Position numbers and translations under genes: made by a program
The notes under the pieces: model-generated
What the model saw: the letters and a program-made list of their open reading frames with translations, nothing else
Told to the model about the DNA's origin: nothing
Databases searched by the model: none
Shown: piece after piece, positions 8,380-17,526 of the stretch
Layout: each line of letters opens with the position of its first letter
Numbering within the stretch: the stretch's first letter is position 1
From: a virus
Lineage: Duplodnaviria > Caudoviricetes
Length of the DNA stretch: 58,092 bases
IMG/VR virus record: IMGVR_UViG_3300037045_000348
Location: 1-58,092 of that record
Reading direction: 5' to 3' (one strand)

Positions 8380-8718
8380 ATGAACGGACCAGAGACATTG
8401 GCAAGGTGGCGTCTCGACCAGGGGCTCTCGCAGACAGCAGCGGGAGACCTGGTGGGGGTCAGCCAGGTGACGTGGAGCGACTGGGAGTCCGGCAAGAAGT
8501 GCCCACACGTGGGCCAAGCCGTGAAACTCGAAAGGGTGACCGGTGTGCCCTGCGAGGCGTGGGAGGCGCTCGCCGACGAGCAGCGCCGGCGACTGCAACA
8601 ACGTCGAGCAGCCGTCGACCCGGGCCAGGATGTGGCTGCCCAGGCCCCTGACGAGACCGGAACGCACCGCGTCTGCGACTGCGAGAAGGCCACCAGGTGC
8701 GCCGGGTCGGAGGGGTGA
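8380..8718 (+). CDS. cro: Cro-like XRE HTH regulator (probably leaderless)
   Basis: LARWRLDQGLSQTAAGDLVGVSQVTWSDWESG HTH. Confidence 0.8.
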   Translation: MNGPETLARWRLDQGLSQTAAGDLVGVSQVTWSDWESGKKCPHVGQAVKLERVTGVPCEAWEALADEQRRRLQQRRAAVDPGQDVAAQAPDETGTHRVCDCEKATRCAGSEG

Positions 8719-8942
8719 TGCGCTTCCGCCTCATGCCACCGGGTTACCGGCACTCTGCCCACCTCGATGAGAGCGGCGACTGGGTTCGCGTAGTGGGCCG
8801 GCTGTTCTGGCTCAGGAGGCGCTGCCGGTATGTGATTGGCGTCGACATGGCCGCGTCCCAGCGGGATTCGAACGTCGGGGTCGTGTTGCGTGTGGACGAA
8901 GACGGCACGCGGACGATCGTGGACCTTAGGAAGGTCTCGTAG
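8718..8942 (+). CDS. Hypothetical protein
   Basis: TGATG coupling to cro. Confidence 0.5.
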   Translation: MRFRLMPPGYRHSAHLDESGDWVRVVGRLFWLRRRCRYVIGVDMAASQRDSNVGVVLRVDEDGTRTIVDLRKVS

Positions 8943-9188
8943 ATGCCGCCTCGCTTCCGCTTCATCCGTCGCGATGGCTCCGTGATTACCGGCGTTGTGC
9001 ATGGCTCTGGCGGGGCTCTGTCGGGCCGAGATGCGCTGCACCGCCTGGAGGTACTGAGGCGCAAGCACCTGCTTGGAAGGCTGCCCAGGCCTGCCCAGCT
9101 CCGCGTGTATCCCGAGTACTCCGCGGCGTCCGATGGTCCAGTAGTGCTGGTGGACCTGGGGAACGTCAGTTCGATCGAGGAGATGTAG
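8943..9188 (+). CDS. Hypothetical protein
   Basis: Adjacent ORF in the operon. Confidence 0.5.
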   Translation: MPPRFRFIRRDGSVITGVVHGSGGALSGRDALHRLEVLRRKHLLGRLPRPAQLRVYPEYSAASDGPVVLVDLGNVSSIEEM

Positions 9189-9195
9189 CTCTGAA

Positions 9196-9223
9196 AACCC
9201 AAACGCCCCGGTGGAGCGGGGCG
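9196..9223 (-). terminator. Intrinsic terminator-like hairpin on the minus strand
   Basis: CGCCCCG-ctccac-CGGGGCG followed by TTTGGGTTTT on the minus strand. Confidence 0.5.
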
Positions 9224-9239
9224 CAGGAGGAACGTAGCA

Positions 9240-9803
9240 ATGCAGAACGTAGCAACGATTCGAGGGGACGTCAACCATGAGAACAAGAGTGACACCCCCG
9301 AGCACCGTCCGTCAGTGGCCAGCCCTCGCCGCGCCGCCACCTATACAGTAGAGCAGGCAACAGCGACGGCATCAGGCCTTGTGGCCGTCGCATTCGCCGC
9401 CACCGGTCTCTCGCGCCGCGCCGCTGCCGATGGCTGCGGAGTCAACCGCAACCTGGCTGACTCTTGGGCAAGCCCCGACCACCCCCGGACTATGCCGTTG
9501 GGGCGAATCCTTGCCCTCGCCATGACGTCGAGACGTGGGCGTGAGGCAGCCATTACCATTCTCGCGGGTGCTCTCTCGCACGTCCAGGAGATTGCCGTGG
9601 GCATGGTTCCCGACCGCGACCTTCGGGGATTGGTGGACGACCTTCACGCGGAGGTTGGGGACGTTGCTGCCGAATGGCGGGCGGCCAACCGGGACGGAGT
9701 GATCACGGCGGAAGAGCGGGAGGTGTTGGCCCGGGAAGTGTCGGACGTCGAGCGCGTGCTGGCGGGACTTCGACGGGAACTGGGAAAGGGGGAGGTGGAA
9801 TGA
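9240..9803 (+). CDS. Phage CII/YmfL-like regulatory protein
   Basis: SD AGGAGG; HTH plus C-terminal EVGDVA...DGVITAEE motif. Confidence 0.65.
   Translation: MQNVATIRGDVNHENKSDTPEHRPSVASPRRAATYTVEQATATASGLVAVAFAATGLSRRAAADGCGVNRNLADSWASPDHPRTMPLGRILALAMTSRRGREAAITILAGALSHVQEIAVGMVPDRDLRGLVDDLHAEVGDVAAEWRAANRDGVITAEEREVLAREVSDVERVLAGLRRELGKGEVE
9246..9274 (-). promoter_or_regulatory. Leftward promoter inside the 5' end of the cII-like gene
   Basis: TTGACG-17nt-TACGTT with extended TG on the minus strand. Confidence 0.5.
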
Positions 9804-10261
9804 GCAAGCCTGTCCACGAATTCGCAGAACAGGCCGACGGGACGCGCATGCGGACTATCGAGTGGTCCGATGGCGTAAAGGTGTCGGTCCAGTCGCACCA
9901 CCGCGACGCGGACGAAGAGGCTGCGATCACCGCATCTGTCATCGCCGGAATAGAAGAGGCCCTCGATGGGGCTGAGGCGACCATTACCTTGCTGACAAAG
10001 GAGCTTGAGAAGACGCGTGCGCTCGTCCGACCCAAGCCCAAGCAACCGACGCGACTTCTCGGGACCGGTTACGCCCGATTCACCACCAGGGGAGAGGTTT
10101 GGCTTCTCGGCGATCGTGAGAAGGGATGGGCAGCCTTCGGTTATGGATTCGAATCCTGGGACGCGCTTTTTCGCACCTTCGACGTGAAGATCACGGGGCA
10201 CGGAGTGGATGAGCACGGCCCCTGGTGGTCTGCGGAAAACATCCAGCGGGAGACATCATGA
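9800..10261 (+). CDS. Hypothetical protein
   Basis: SD GGAGG; ATGA coupling. Confidence 0.6.
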   Translation: MSKPVHEFAEQADGTRMRTIEWSDGVKVSVQSHHRDADEEAAITASVIAGIEEALDGAEATITLLTKELEKTRALVRPKPKQPTRLLGTGYARFTTRGEVWLLGDREKGWAAFGYGFESWDALFRTFDVKITGHGVDEHGPWWSAENIQRETS

Positions 10262-10776
10262 CCAACATCCTAGCTTCAACTACGCAAATCCTAGACATGC
10301 TTGTTCCCCTCGAGGGGCCCGAGCGACAGCGCGTCATCAATACTGTCCGGGCCGTGCTCGACTTGGTGGACGAGCCTACTCCCGGAAGACCGTGGTCCCC
10401 GGACCACTGGGACGCAGTGGTCGTCAGCTCGCGCGGAGTCGTCGGCACCATCGACCCCAAGGTTGGGGGCGTTACCAAGGGCACCATGGAGCCACCCACC
10501 GACTGGGCATCAACCAAGAAGGAGAAGCCGCAACCAGCGGCCCCAAAAGCGCGAAAGATGAACGAGCCGGGGGAGTTCCGGTTGGAGTTCAGGCGGGAGA
10601 TTCCGAGCCTGCTGCAAGGCTTCGGAAAGCCCCTCTCGCCAGCGGAGATGCGCCATGCGTTATTGGTCCCCGACGAGCGGAAGTCGACCTTTGCGGAGGC
10701 CCTTCGAGACCTGATCAAGGCGGGCAAGGTCGTTGCGACAGGCAGAACGGCGGGTCGCCGATACACGATTGCGTGA
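10258..10776 (+). CDS. Hypothetical protein with a C-terminal winged-helix-like region
   Basis: LRDLIKAGKVVATGRTAGRRY resembles a wHTH wing. Confidence 0.55.
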   Translation: MTNILASTTQILDMLVPLEGPERQRVINTVRAVLDLVDEPTPGRPWSPDHWDAVVVSSRGVVGTIDPKVGGVTKGTMEPPTDWASTKKEKPQPAAPKARKMNEPGEFRLEFRREIPSLLQGFGKPLSPAEMRHALLVPDERKSTFAEALRDLIKAGKVVATGRTAGRRYTIA

Positions 10777-10934
10777 TGGTCGTGTGCGGCAGAAGGCGCG
10801 TGGGCCTCTATCCATCGCTGGACGAGGCCCTGGACAGACGGCATCGGTCGGGACACCCGATCGGGTCCGTCTACTTGCGAATCAGAGACGGAGAGCCTCT
10901 CGCGAGGCTCATAGAACAGAGGGCCAATCAATGA
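10776..10934 (+). CDS. Hypothetical 52-aa protein
   Basis: Coupled at both ends. Confidence 0.4.
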   Translation: MVVCGRRRVGLYPSLDEALDRRHRSGHPIGSVYLRIRDGEPLARLIEQRANQ

Positions 10935-11305
10935 ACGAAGGAACCTGGGACTTTGGAGTGTTGCTATCGAGCATCGCGGACGGTGAACTCCGCGACGAGG
11001 CAACGGACGAACTGCACGACCTCGTCGAGAAGCTCTACGAGAGAGCAACTGCGTCGGCGCGAAACGTCAAGGGCACGCTGACCATCACGCTCGACGTCAA
11101 GGTGAGCAGCAACGGCATGCTCACCATCGAACCGAACGTCGCGGGAAAGCTCCCGCGCAAGGTGCGAAAGGACACGCCTTTCTGGGTCGGGAAGCACGGA
11201 CTGACGCAGGACAACCCGAAGCAGCAGAAGCTGTTTCGGGAGGTCAAGGAAGTCGGCGGCAAGAGAACCATCAAGGAGCCCGGCGAGCGGGCAGAAGGTG
11301 AATGA
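10931..11305 (+). CDS. Conserved phage protein usually paired with DUF2303
   Basis: KGTLTITLDVK...LTQDNPKQQKL pattern; directly upstream of DUF2303. Confidence 0.65.
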   Translation: MNEGTWDFGVLLSSIADGELRDEATDELHDLVEKLYERATASARNVKGTLTITLDVKVSSNGMLTIEPNVAGKLPRKVRKDTPFWVGKHGLTQDNPKQQKLFREVKEVGGKRTIKEPGERAEGE

Positions 11306-12204
11306 TCATGGACGAGCTAATCAAGACGGAAGGCGACGCGCAGGCAATCATCGACGCAGTGAAGGAACTTCACGAGCCTTTTTGGCAAGCCTTTGGCGAG
11401 GGAGAGAGCGCTACCACGGCGTTCTTCGTCCCGAAGGGGATGGAGCGGATCCCCATTCAGGACGAACTCGACAAGCGCGCGGACGCTCCCCGGCGCGCGG
11501 CGGGCGACGTGCGAGCCAATACCCTCGAGGCGTTCGTCGCGCTTACGAACCGTCACGCCAGCCCAGACACCGTTATCTACGTGGACGACGGCGCCCAGCC
11601 CAAGCTCATCGCCGTGCTCAACGACCATGGGGCCGGAGCAGAGCCCGGGTGGCGCGACCACCGGATCGTCTACCTCCCCACCCTGAGCGAGGAGTGGAAG
11701 GCGTGGGCAGCGAACGAGGGCAAGCCTCTCGCCCAGGTCGCCTTTGCGGAGCTGCTGGAGGACCGGTGCCTCGACGTCATCACCCCGGCGAGCGCTGGAC
11801 CGAAGACCCAGGGCATCATCGAGCAGCTCGGCGTGAAGGCGGCGATGCCAGCGGAGCTCCAGGGTCTTGCCAAGGGGCTGTCGATCAAGGTCGACCAGCA
11901 CGTGAAGGAAGTCCGGCGTTTGGACTCCGGGGAAGCCCAGATCATGTACTCCGAGCAGCACAACGGAGAAGACGGCAAGCCCCTCTCGGTCCCCAACGCC
12001 TTTGTGATTGCGATTCCGGTCTTCGGCGGCGGTGCTGCCTACACGCACGTCGTGCGCCTCCGGTACCGCGCACGCGAGGGGCGCATCACCTGGTCGTACA
12101 ACGTGGTGCACGCCGACCAGGCCAAGCGCGACGCGGTGCTCGACATGATGGCGACGATCCGAGAGAAGCTGCCTGAGGCCTTGGTCGTGGAGGGGACACC
12201 ATGA
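11302..12204 (+). CDS. DUF2303 (YfdQ-like) protein
   Basis: AVLNDH, SEEWKAW, QVAFAELLED, IPVFGG, RLRYR motifs. Confidence 0.8.
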   Translation: MIMDELIKTEGDAQAIIDAVKELHEPFWQAFGEGESATTAFFVPKGMERIPIQDELDKRADAPRRAAGDVRANTLEAFVALTNRHASPDTVIYVDDGAQPKLIAVLNDHGAGAEPGWRDHRIVYLPTLSEEWKAWAANEGKPLAQVAFAELLEDRCLDVITPASAGPKTQGIIEQLGVKAAMPAELQGLAKGLSIKVDQHVKEVRRLDSGEAQIMYSEQHNGEDGKPLSVPNAFVIAIPVFGGGAAYTHVVRLRYRAREGRITWSYNVVHADQAKRDAVLDMMATIREKLPEALVVEGTP

Positions 12205-12259
12205 CCCGGTTGCTCTGCTTCGTGGCCGCGGTGATTCTCGTCGAGCTTGGCCTGAACCC

Positions 12260-13042
12260 GTGGATGCATCTGTGATCTGCGCCTGGTGCCACGCCCCGCT
12301 CACTGACTCCCGGGCGCGCTTTTGCTGTCGGCGATGTCGACAGGCTGCGTTCCGTCTCCGCCGGCGCCGAGCTACGGAGTACTCCGACGACAGACCGATG
12401 CGGATGGTGTACGCGGACCCTCCGTATCCGGGTCTGTCGTCCAAGTACTATCGCGACGAGCCGACCTACGCGGGGGAGGTCGACCACGCGGCCCTCATTC
12501 ACGTTCTGTCGCGTCCCGGACTGTACGACGGTTGGGCGCTGTCAACGTCGGCCAAGGCCTTGCGCGACGTGTTGCCGCTCTGCCCACCGGAGGCGCGCGT
12601 TTGCGCGTGGGTCAAGCCGATCGGCGCATGCTCTCGGACGTTCGGGCTTCACAACACGTGGGAGCCCTTGATCGTGGTGCCCGGGCGCTCGCTCCGGCCC
12701 GGGAAGCGCGATTGGTTGTGCGCGCAGCCGGCTCGGTTCGAGGGGACCTTGGCCGGCCGGAAGCCCCAGGCGTTCTGCGCCTGGCTCTTCGATCTGCTTG
12801 GCCTTCTACCAGGGGACGATCTCGAGGACATGTTCCCCGGTACGGGCATGGTGGGACGGGCGTGGCGGTACCTGTCGTCCGCGGCCGCGCGTGGAGTGTC
12901 GCCATCATCACCGGGCGACGTGTCGCCCCGGTACCCTGTCGACGTGTCGGTCGGCGCCGGCGTCGACACGTCGCCCAAGCCTCGAGGGAACGGACGTCCT
13001 GACACGTCGTCCAGAGCAGCTCAAGCTGGAGGCTGTCGATGA
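12260..13042 (+). CDS. Putative amino-DNA methyltransferase with an N-terminal Cys cluster
   Basis: YADPPY catalytic motif, DMFPGTG SAM-binding motif, CxxC...CCxxC at the N-terminus. Confidence 0.7.
   Translation: MDASVICAWCHAPLTDSRARFCCRRCRQAAFRLRRRRATEYSDDRPMRMVYADPPYPGLSSKYYRDEPTYAGEVDHAALIHVLSRPGLYDGWALSTSAKALRDVLPLCPPEARVCAWVKPIGACSRTFGLHNTWEPLIVVPGRSLRPGKRDWLCAQPARFEGTLAGRKPQAFCAWLFDLLGLLPGDDLEDMFPGTGMVGRAWRYLSSAAARGVSPSSPGDVSPRYPVDVSVGAGVDTSPKPRGNGRPDTSSRAAQAGGCR
12869..13009. repeat. Periodic array of (C)GAC-NN-GTCG-like motifs, mostly 24 bp apart
   Basis: Units at 12869, 12893, 12917, 12941, 12965, 13001; the first two are degenerate. Confidence 0.55.
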
Positions 13043-13851
13043 CCATCCACCACGGCGACAACCTGGGAATCCTCCAGCGTCTCCGCGGCAGCGTTGGCGC
13101 GACAGTGACCCTCGCCTATCTCGACCCTCCCTACAACACGGGGAGGGTCTACGAGACGCGAGAAGGCGTGCGAGCCTTCGACGATCGGTGGTCGTGCATC
13201 CAGGACCACATCGACCACCTGCGACCCCGTCTCGAAGCTGTCCGCGAGCTGCTCGCCCCTCACGGGTGCTGCGTGGTCCACGTCGACTACCACGCTGCGG
13301 GGTACGTCCGAGTCCTCGGTGACGAGGTGTTCGGCCCTGACTGCTTCGCGAGTGAGATCGTTTGGCGGTATCGACGGTGGCCCGCGAAGACTCGCAACTT
13401 CCAGCGCGTGCACGACACGCTGTTTCGGTGGGTTCGTGACCCTGAGAGCGACCACCGCTGGAACCAGCTCTACGAGCCCTTGGCGCCCTCCACGCTGCGG
13501 CAATGGGGAACTGGCAAGCAACTCGCCGAAGTCGACCAGAGGGGCAGGAGGAGGCGCAGCACGAGCACTTCGGAACCCTCCCCCGGCGTGCCCCTTGGAG
13601 ACGTCTGGGACCTGCCCATCATCGCCCCATGCGCGAGGGAGCGGACGGGGTATCCGACGCAGAAGCCATCCGCGCTTCTCGAGCGGCTCATCTCCGCGTG
13701 CACCAACGAGGGCGACCTGGTGCTGGATCCGTACATGGGGAGCGGGACGACCATTGCTGCTGCCGAGCGGTTGGGCAGGCGGGCGATCGGAATCGATTCG
13801 AGCGAGGAGGCCGTACGGATCGCCTCGGCACGACTGGCGGAGGCGTCATGA
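13039..13851 (+). CDS. N4/N6 DNA methyltransferase (beta class)
   Basis: YLDPPYN ... YPTQKP ... VLDPYMGSGTT. Confidence 0.9.
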   Translation: MTIHHGDNLGILQRLRGSVGATVTLAYLDPPYNTGRVYETREGVRAFDDRWSCIQDHIDHLRPRLEAVRELLAPHGCCVVHVDYHAAGYVRVLGDEVFGPDCFASEIVWRYRRWPAKTRNFQRVHDTLFRWVRDPESDHRWNQLYEPLAPSTLRQWGTGKQLAEVDQRGRRRRSTSTSEPSPGVPLGDVWDLPIIAPCARERTGYPTQKPSALLERLISACTNEGDLVLDPYMGSGTTIAAAERLGRRAIGIDSSEEAVRIASARLAEAS

Positions 13852-14447
13852 TTCCGTTTCGGGTCATCCTCGCGGACTGCCCATGGCAGAACGACGACCA
13901 GCTCCCCGGAGAGCGCGGGGCAAGCCACAAGTACGTGACCATGCCGACCCGCGACATCTGCGCGCTGCGCATCCCGCCGACTGAGCCGGACGCGCTGTTG
14001 TTTCTTTGGAGGTTGGCCTCGATGCAATGGGACGCGCTCGAGGTGGCGCTTCGGTGGGGATTTACTCCGAAGTCAGAGCTTGTTTGGGTCAAGACCAAGA
14101 GCGTTTCCGGGGTTGAGATCCCGGCCGAGGGCGACGAGCCGGAGCCGGGCAGAATGGGGCTCGGGCACTACACGCGAAACGACCACGAGGTCTGCCTCAT
14201 CTGCGCGAAGGGGCGCGGGGCCAGCCTGGTGCAGGCCCACAACATCCGGTCCGTCGTGTATGCCCCGCGCACCCCGAGGCACTCCGAGAAGCCGGAGGCA
14301 ACGTACGCCGCAATCGAGGCGATGCTCGGCGACCTTGGGCCGCGGGTAGAACTCTTCGCCAGGCGTCACCGTCCTGGCTGGGAGTGCATGGGCAACGAGC
14401 TCGGGGTGGAGATTGGGTTTGGGCTGCTGGGAGGAACTCATGGGTGA
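13848..14447 (+). CDS. MT-A70 family adenine methyltransferase
   Basis: ILADCPW (variant of DPPW), LFLW, WVK, HSEKP, VELFAR. Confidence 0.85.
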   Translation: MIPFRVILADCPWQNDDQLPGERGASHKYVTMPTRDICALRIPPTEPDALLFLWRLASMQWDALEVALRWGFTPKSELVWVKTKSVSGVEIPAEGDEPEPGRMGLGHYTRNDHEVCLICAKGRGASLVQAHNIRSVVYAPRTPRHSEKPEATYAAIEAMLGDLGPRVELFARRHRPGWECMGNELGVEIGFGLLGGTHG

Positions 14448-15468
14448 CAAGACCAAGATCGCGTGGACCGACTCGACGTGGAACACGGTGGTAGGCTGCT
14501 CCAAGACATCCCCAGGATGCCGTGAGTGCTACGCCGAAAAGCTTCTCGCGTCGCGAATGAAGCACATGCCGATCTATGGCGATGTCACGTCGGGGGGAAA
14601 GTGGACTGGGCAAACTGGGTTGCTCCCACATCGGCTGGATCAACCGTTACGTTGGAAGCGTGCTCGCAAGATCTTCGTCAACGACCTCGGCGACACATTC
14701 CACGAGACCGTTCCGTTCGAATTCATTGCGGCGGTCTTCGGTGTGATGGCAGCTTGCCCACAGCACACGTTCCAGGTGCTGACCAAGAGGCCTGGGAGGA
14801 TGTTGGAGTTCTTCGAGTGGCTCGAGCAACGTGCCAAGTCGGGCGCAATCCGAAGGATGAGTGAAGACTTCAGCGCCCCGCGGTGGATGCAATACGTTTG
14901 TGTCGAGTTCGCTCACAGTTTTACCACTGCTCACCAGCATCGCCCGGCGTACGATCACCGTGTCCATTGGCCTCTCCCCAACGTTTGGCTCGGAGTGACC
15001 TGCGAGGACCAGCAGCGAGCCAACGAGCGGATCCCGCTGCTGCTACAGTGCCCGGCGGCGGTCCGGTTCGTGTCGGCTGAGCCGTTGTTGGGGGCGATCG
15101 ATTTCCGCGACATCGTTAGGACCCGGATACAATGCGAGGAGCATTTCAGCGCGTTCGAATGCGATGTCGACCCGGAGGATGACGACTTCGGGGGAGCGAT
15201 ATTGGAATGGCTCATCGTCGGCGGAGAGTCCGGGCCCAAGGCAAGACCGTGTGACGTCGAGTGGATTCGGTCGATTCGGGATCAGTGCGCCGCGGCGGGG
15301 GATCCGTGCTTCATCAAGCAACTCGGGAGCAACGCGCGCTGGGACGGATGGAAAAATCATGTGGGCGCCAGATGGGAAGGCGGCTGGAAAATGCATTTAC
15401 GCGACCGTGCCGGCGCCGATCCCACCGAATGGCCCGAAGACCTTCGCGTGCGGGAGTACCCTCGATGA
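14440..15468 (+). CDS. Gp37/Gp68 (DUF5131) family protein
   Basis: TKIAWTDSTWN..GC...SPGC..CYA; HTFQVLTKRP; NVWLGVT; VSAEPLL; IVGGESG. Confidence 0.9.
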   Translation: MGDKTKIAWTDSTWNTVVGCSKTSPGCRECYAEKLLASRMKHMPIYGDVTSGGKWTGQTGLLPHRLDQPLRWKRARKIFVNDLGDTFHETVPFEFIAAVFGVMAACPQHTFQVLTKRPGRMLEFFEWLEQRAKSGAIRRMSEDFSAPRWMQYVCVEFAHSFTTAHQHRPAYDHRVHWPLPNVWLGVTCEDQQRANERIPLLLQCPAAVRFVSAEPLLGAIDFRDIVRTRIQCEEHFSAFECDVDPEDDDFGGAILEWLIVGGESGPKARPCDVEWIRSIRDQCAAAGDPCFIKQLGSNARWDGWKNHVGARWEGGWKMHLRDRAGADPTEWPEDLRVREYPR

Positions 15469-15854
15469 CCCTCCAGGTCTTCACGGCGCGGATCGACTAC
15501 CCAGGACCTGGCCGGCTCGACATCACGCGCAAGAGCGGTAACGCCGCGTTCGCCCCGTCGTGGGAGATCATCCTGGCAGCAAAGCGGGGCCTGCTTCCTT
15601 GGCCCGATTACGTCGTCGAGTACACGGCCCAGATGCGCCGATCGTACCGCGAGACGCGCGCGGAGTGGGAGGCGCTACTCGGCGGACAGCGCGTCGTTCT
15701 GTGCTGCTTTTGCGTCGCCCCAGCTCAGTGCCACCGGACGATCCTCGCAAGGATACTGGGCGAAACGAAGGCGTTTGACGCGAAGTTCTTCGGCGAGATT
15801 ACCGAGTGGGACGAGACAGTGGAAGAACCTGTGTTTGCGAGGAGGAGCGCATGA
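15465..15854 (+). CDS. DUF488-like protein
   Basis: FAPSWEI...VLCCFC...CHRTILA. Confidence 0.65.
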   Translation: MTLQVFTARIDYPGPGRLDITRKSGNAAFAPSWEIILAAKRGLLPWPDYVVEYTAQMRRSYRETRAEWEALLGGQRVVLCCFCVAPAQCHRTILARILGETKAFDAKFFGEITEWDETVEEPVFARRSA

Positions 15855-16831
15855 GCTGGTTTCGCCTCGACGACAACGGCTACGACCACGACAAGGTGCT
15901 GAGCGCCGGGGACCGAGCCTACGGCGCATGGTGTCGCGCCGGCCAGTACGCCTCGAACAAAAAGACGGACGGCTTCGTGTCACACCGGGCCGCGAAGCAG
16001 ATCAACAGCGACGTGCGCGTATGGAAGAGACTCGTCGAAGTTGGACTGATGGAGTCCGCCGAAGGCGGGTACGTCATCCACGACTACCTTGACTACAATC
16101 CAAGCAAGGCGGAACTGGAGGCGAAGAGTGAGGCTAGGCGGGCCGCCGGAGCCCTCGGGAGCGAGGCGAGGTGGGGCAAGAACTCGGAGCGGATCGCGAT
16201 CGAAAGGCACCAACTCTGCGATCGAACCGACCCTACTTTGCGATCGAAAGGCACCAACTCTGCGATCGAACCGACCCTACTTTGCGATCGAAAGGCACCA
16301 ACTCTGCGAGCGGATTCGGAGCAAGTGCGCGAAAACATTGGCGGAGAGGATGGCAACCGCTATGGCGGGTGCCAAGCGACGCCGGATACTCCCGTCCCGT
16401 CCCGTCCCGACCCATTACATACAGATCAGATCCCCCCTGTAGTCCCCCCGCGGGGGACGCGGGAGCAGGAACCCGACTTCGACCTGACCCCGCCAGACCC
16501 CGACCCCCCGAAGTCGAAACGCCCCCGGACCATCAAGACTGTCCTCCCGACTGACTGGGCCCCGAGCGCTGCTCACCACCAACAGGCGATGACAGAGGGT
16601 GGGAAGCCAGCCTCATGGGTCGAGTCCGAGGCCATGCGCATGCGCGATTGGGCCTCGTCGAAGGGAGAGCGATGCGCCGACTGGGATGCGAGGTTTCGGA
16701 ATTGGATCCGGCGGGCTCTCGATGACGGGAGGGGCCCCAGACCAAACGGCCCAAGTGGCGGCGGCTACCGAACGAAGATCCAACCCCCAACGGGCGTCAC
16801 CTTCAGGACGCTAGACGTGGACGACCTATGA
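15851..16831 (+). CDS. Phage replication initiator
   Basis: N-terminal WFRLDD...YVIHDYLDYN, C-terminal DWDARFRNWI; internal iterons; upstream of a loader ATPase. Confidence 0.8.
   Translation: MSWFRLDDNGYDHDKVLSAGDRAYGAWCRAGQYASNKKTDGFVSHRAAKQINSDVRVWKRLVEVGLMESAEGGYVIHDYLDYNPSKAELEAKSEARRAAGALGSEARWGKNSERIAIERHQLCDRTDPTLRSKGTNSAIEPTLLCDRKAPTLRADSEQVRENIGGEDGNRYGGCQATPDTPVPSRPDPLHTDQIPPVVPPRGTREQEPDFDLTPPDPDPPKSKRPRTIKTVLPTDWAPSAAHHQQAMTEGGKPASWVESEAMRMRDWASSKGERCADWDARFRNWIRRALDDGRGPRPNGPSGGGYRTKIQPPTGVTFRTLDVDDL
16196..16309. repeat. Replication-origin iterons: five 22-bp units in A-B-A-B-A order
   Basis: A=GCGATCGAAAGGCACCAACTCT, B=GCGATCGAACCGACCCTACTTT, exact copies. Confidence 0.85.
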
Positions 16832-17526
16832 ACATCAACTTCGACGCGATCATGCAAGGTGGCAATTGCATCAACTGCGGGATGGTCATCGAGCACTTCG
16901 GGGTCTGCGACAAGTGCGCGGAGGACTTCGACCGAGACCGTACGGTGGAGGTCCGGCGAGAGGCCATCGCCACCATTCCCGGGACTCTTCGGTGGGCAAC
17001 CTTCGACGCGCCGGAATTGCCCGTGAGGGTGCCACACGCTCGCGCCATCGAGCGGGCTCGAAAGGTGGCAAACGCCATCGTAGCAAAAAAGCTCCTTCGC
17101 GTGATTCTCGTGGGCCCGTCCGGCGCGGGGAAGTCGTCTCTTGCGTGTGCGATTCTACGACAGGTCATCGAGGCCGGCGTCGGAAGATCTGCGCGCTTCG
17201 TGGGAGCTGTGGCGCTGGGAAGGGCTCGGCTCGACGCAAGCCTGGGAAGCCGACCGTTTCTCGTGGACGCGGCCATTCGCTCTTCCTGCCTACTACTGGA
17301 CGACATCGGGCAGGAGGACCCAAAGGGCGAACACGCGATTCGCGAGGTGCTGCACGAGAGGTTTGACAAGGCAATTCCTCAGCCGCTCATCGTGACGACC
17401 TGGCTTGGGTGCGAGATGGGGCAGCAGTGGAGCCAGAAGGGCCTTCAGGAGCGATATGGGGAGGGCACGGCCCGACGCATGCTCGAGCACGCCGTTGTTG
17501 TCAGGGTCGGGTGTGGCGATGCTTGA
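16828..17526 (+). CDS. DnaC/IstB-like AAA+ helicase loader
   Basis: N-terminal CxxC..CxxC, Walker A GPSGAGKS, Walker B LLLDDIG. Confidence 0.85.
   Translation: MNINFDAIMQGGNCINCGMVIEHFGVCDKCAEDFDRDRTVEVRREAIATIPGTLRWATFDAPELPVRVPHARAIERARKVANAIVAKKLLRVILVGPSGAGKSSLACAILRQVIEAGVGRSARFVGAVALGRARLDASLGSRPFLVDAAIRSSCLLLDDIGQEDPKGEHAIREVLHERFDKAIPQPLIVTTWLGCEMGQQWSQKGLQERYGEGTARRMLEHAVVVRVGCGDA

Noticed and set aside
16196-16309. CRISPR array
   Set aside because: Units are contiguous and the would-be spacers repeat exactly; they lie inside the initiator gene and no cas genes are present
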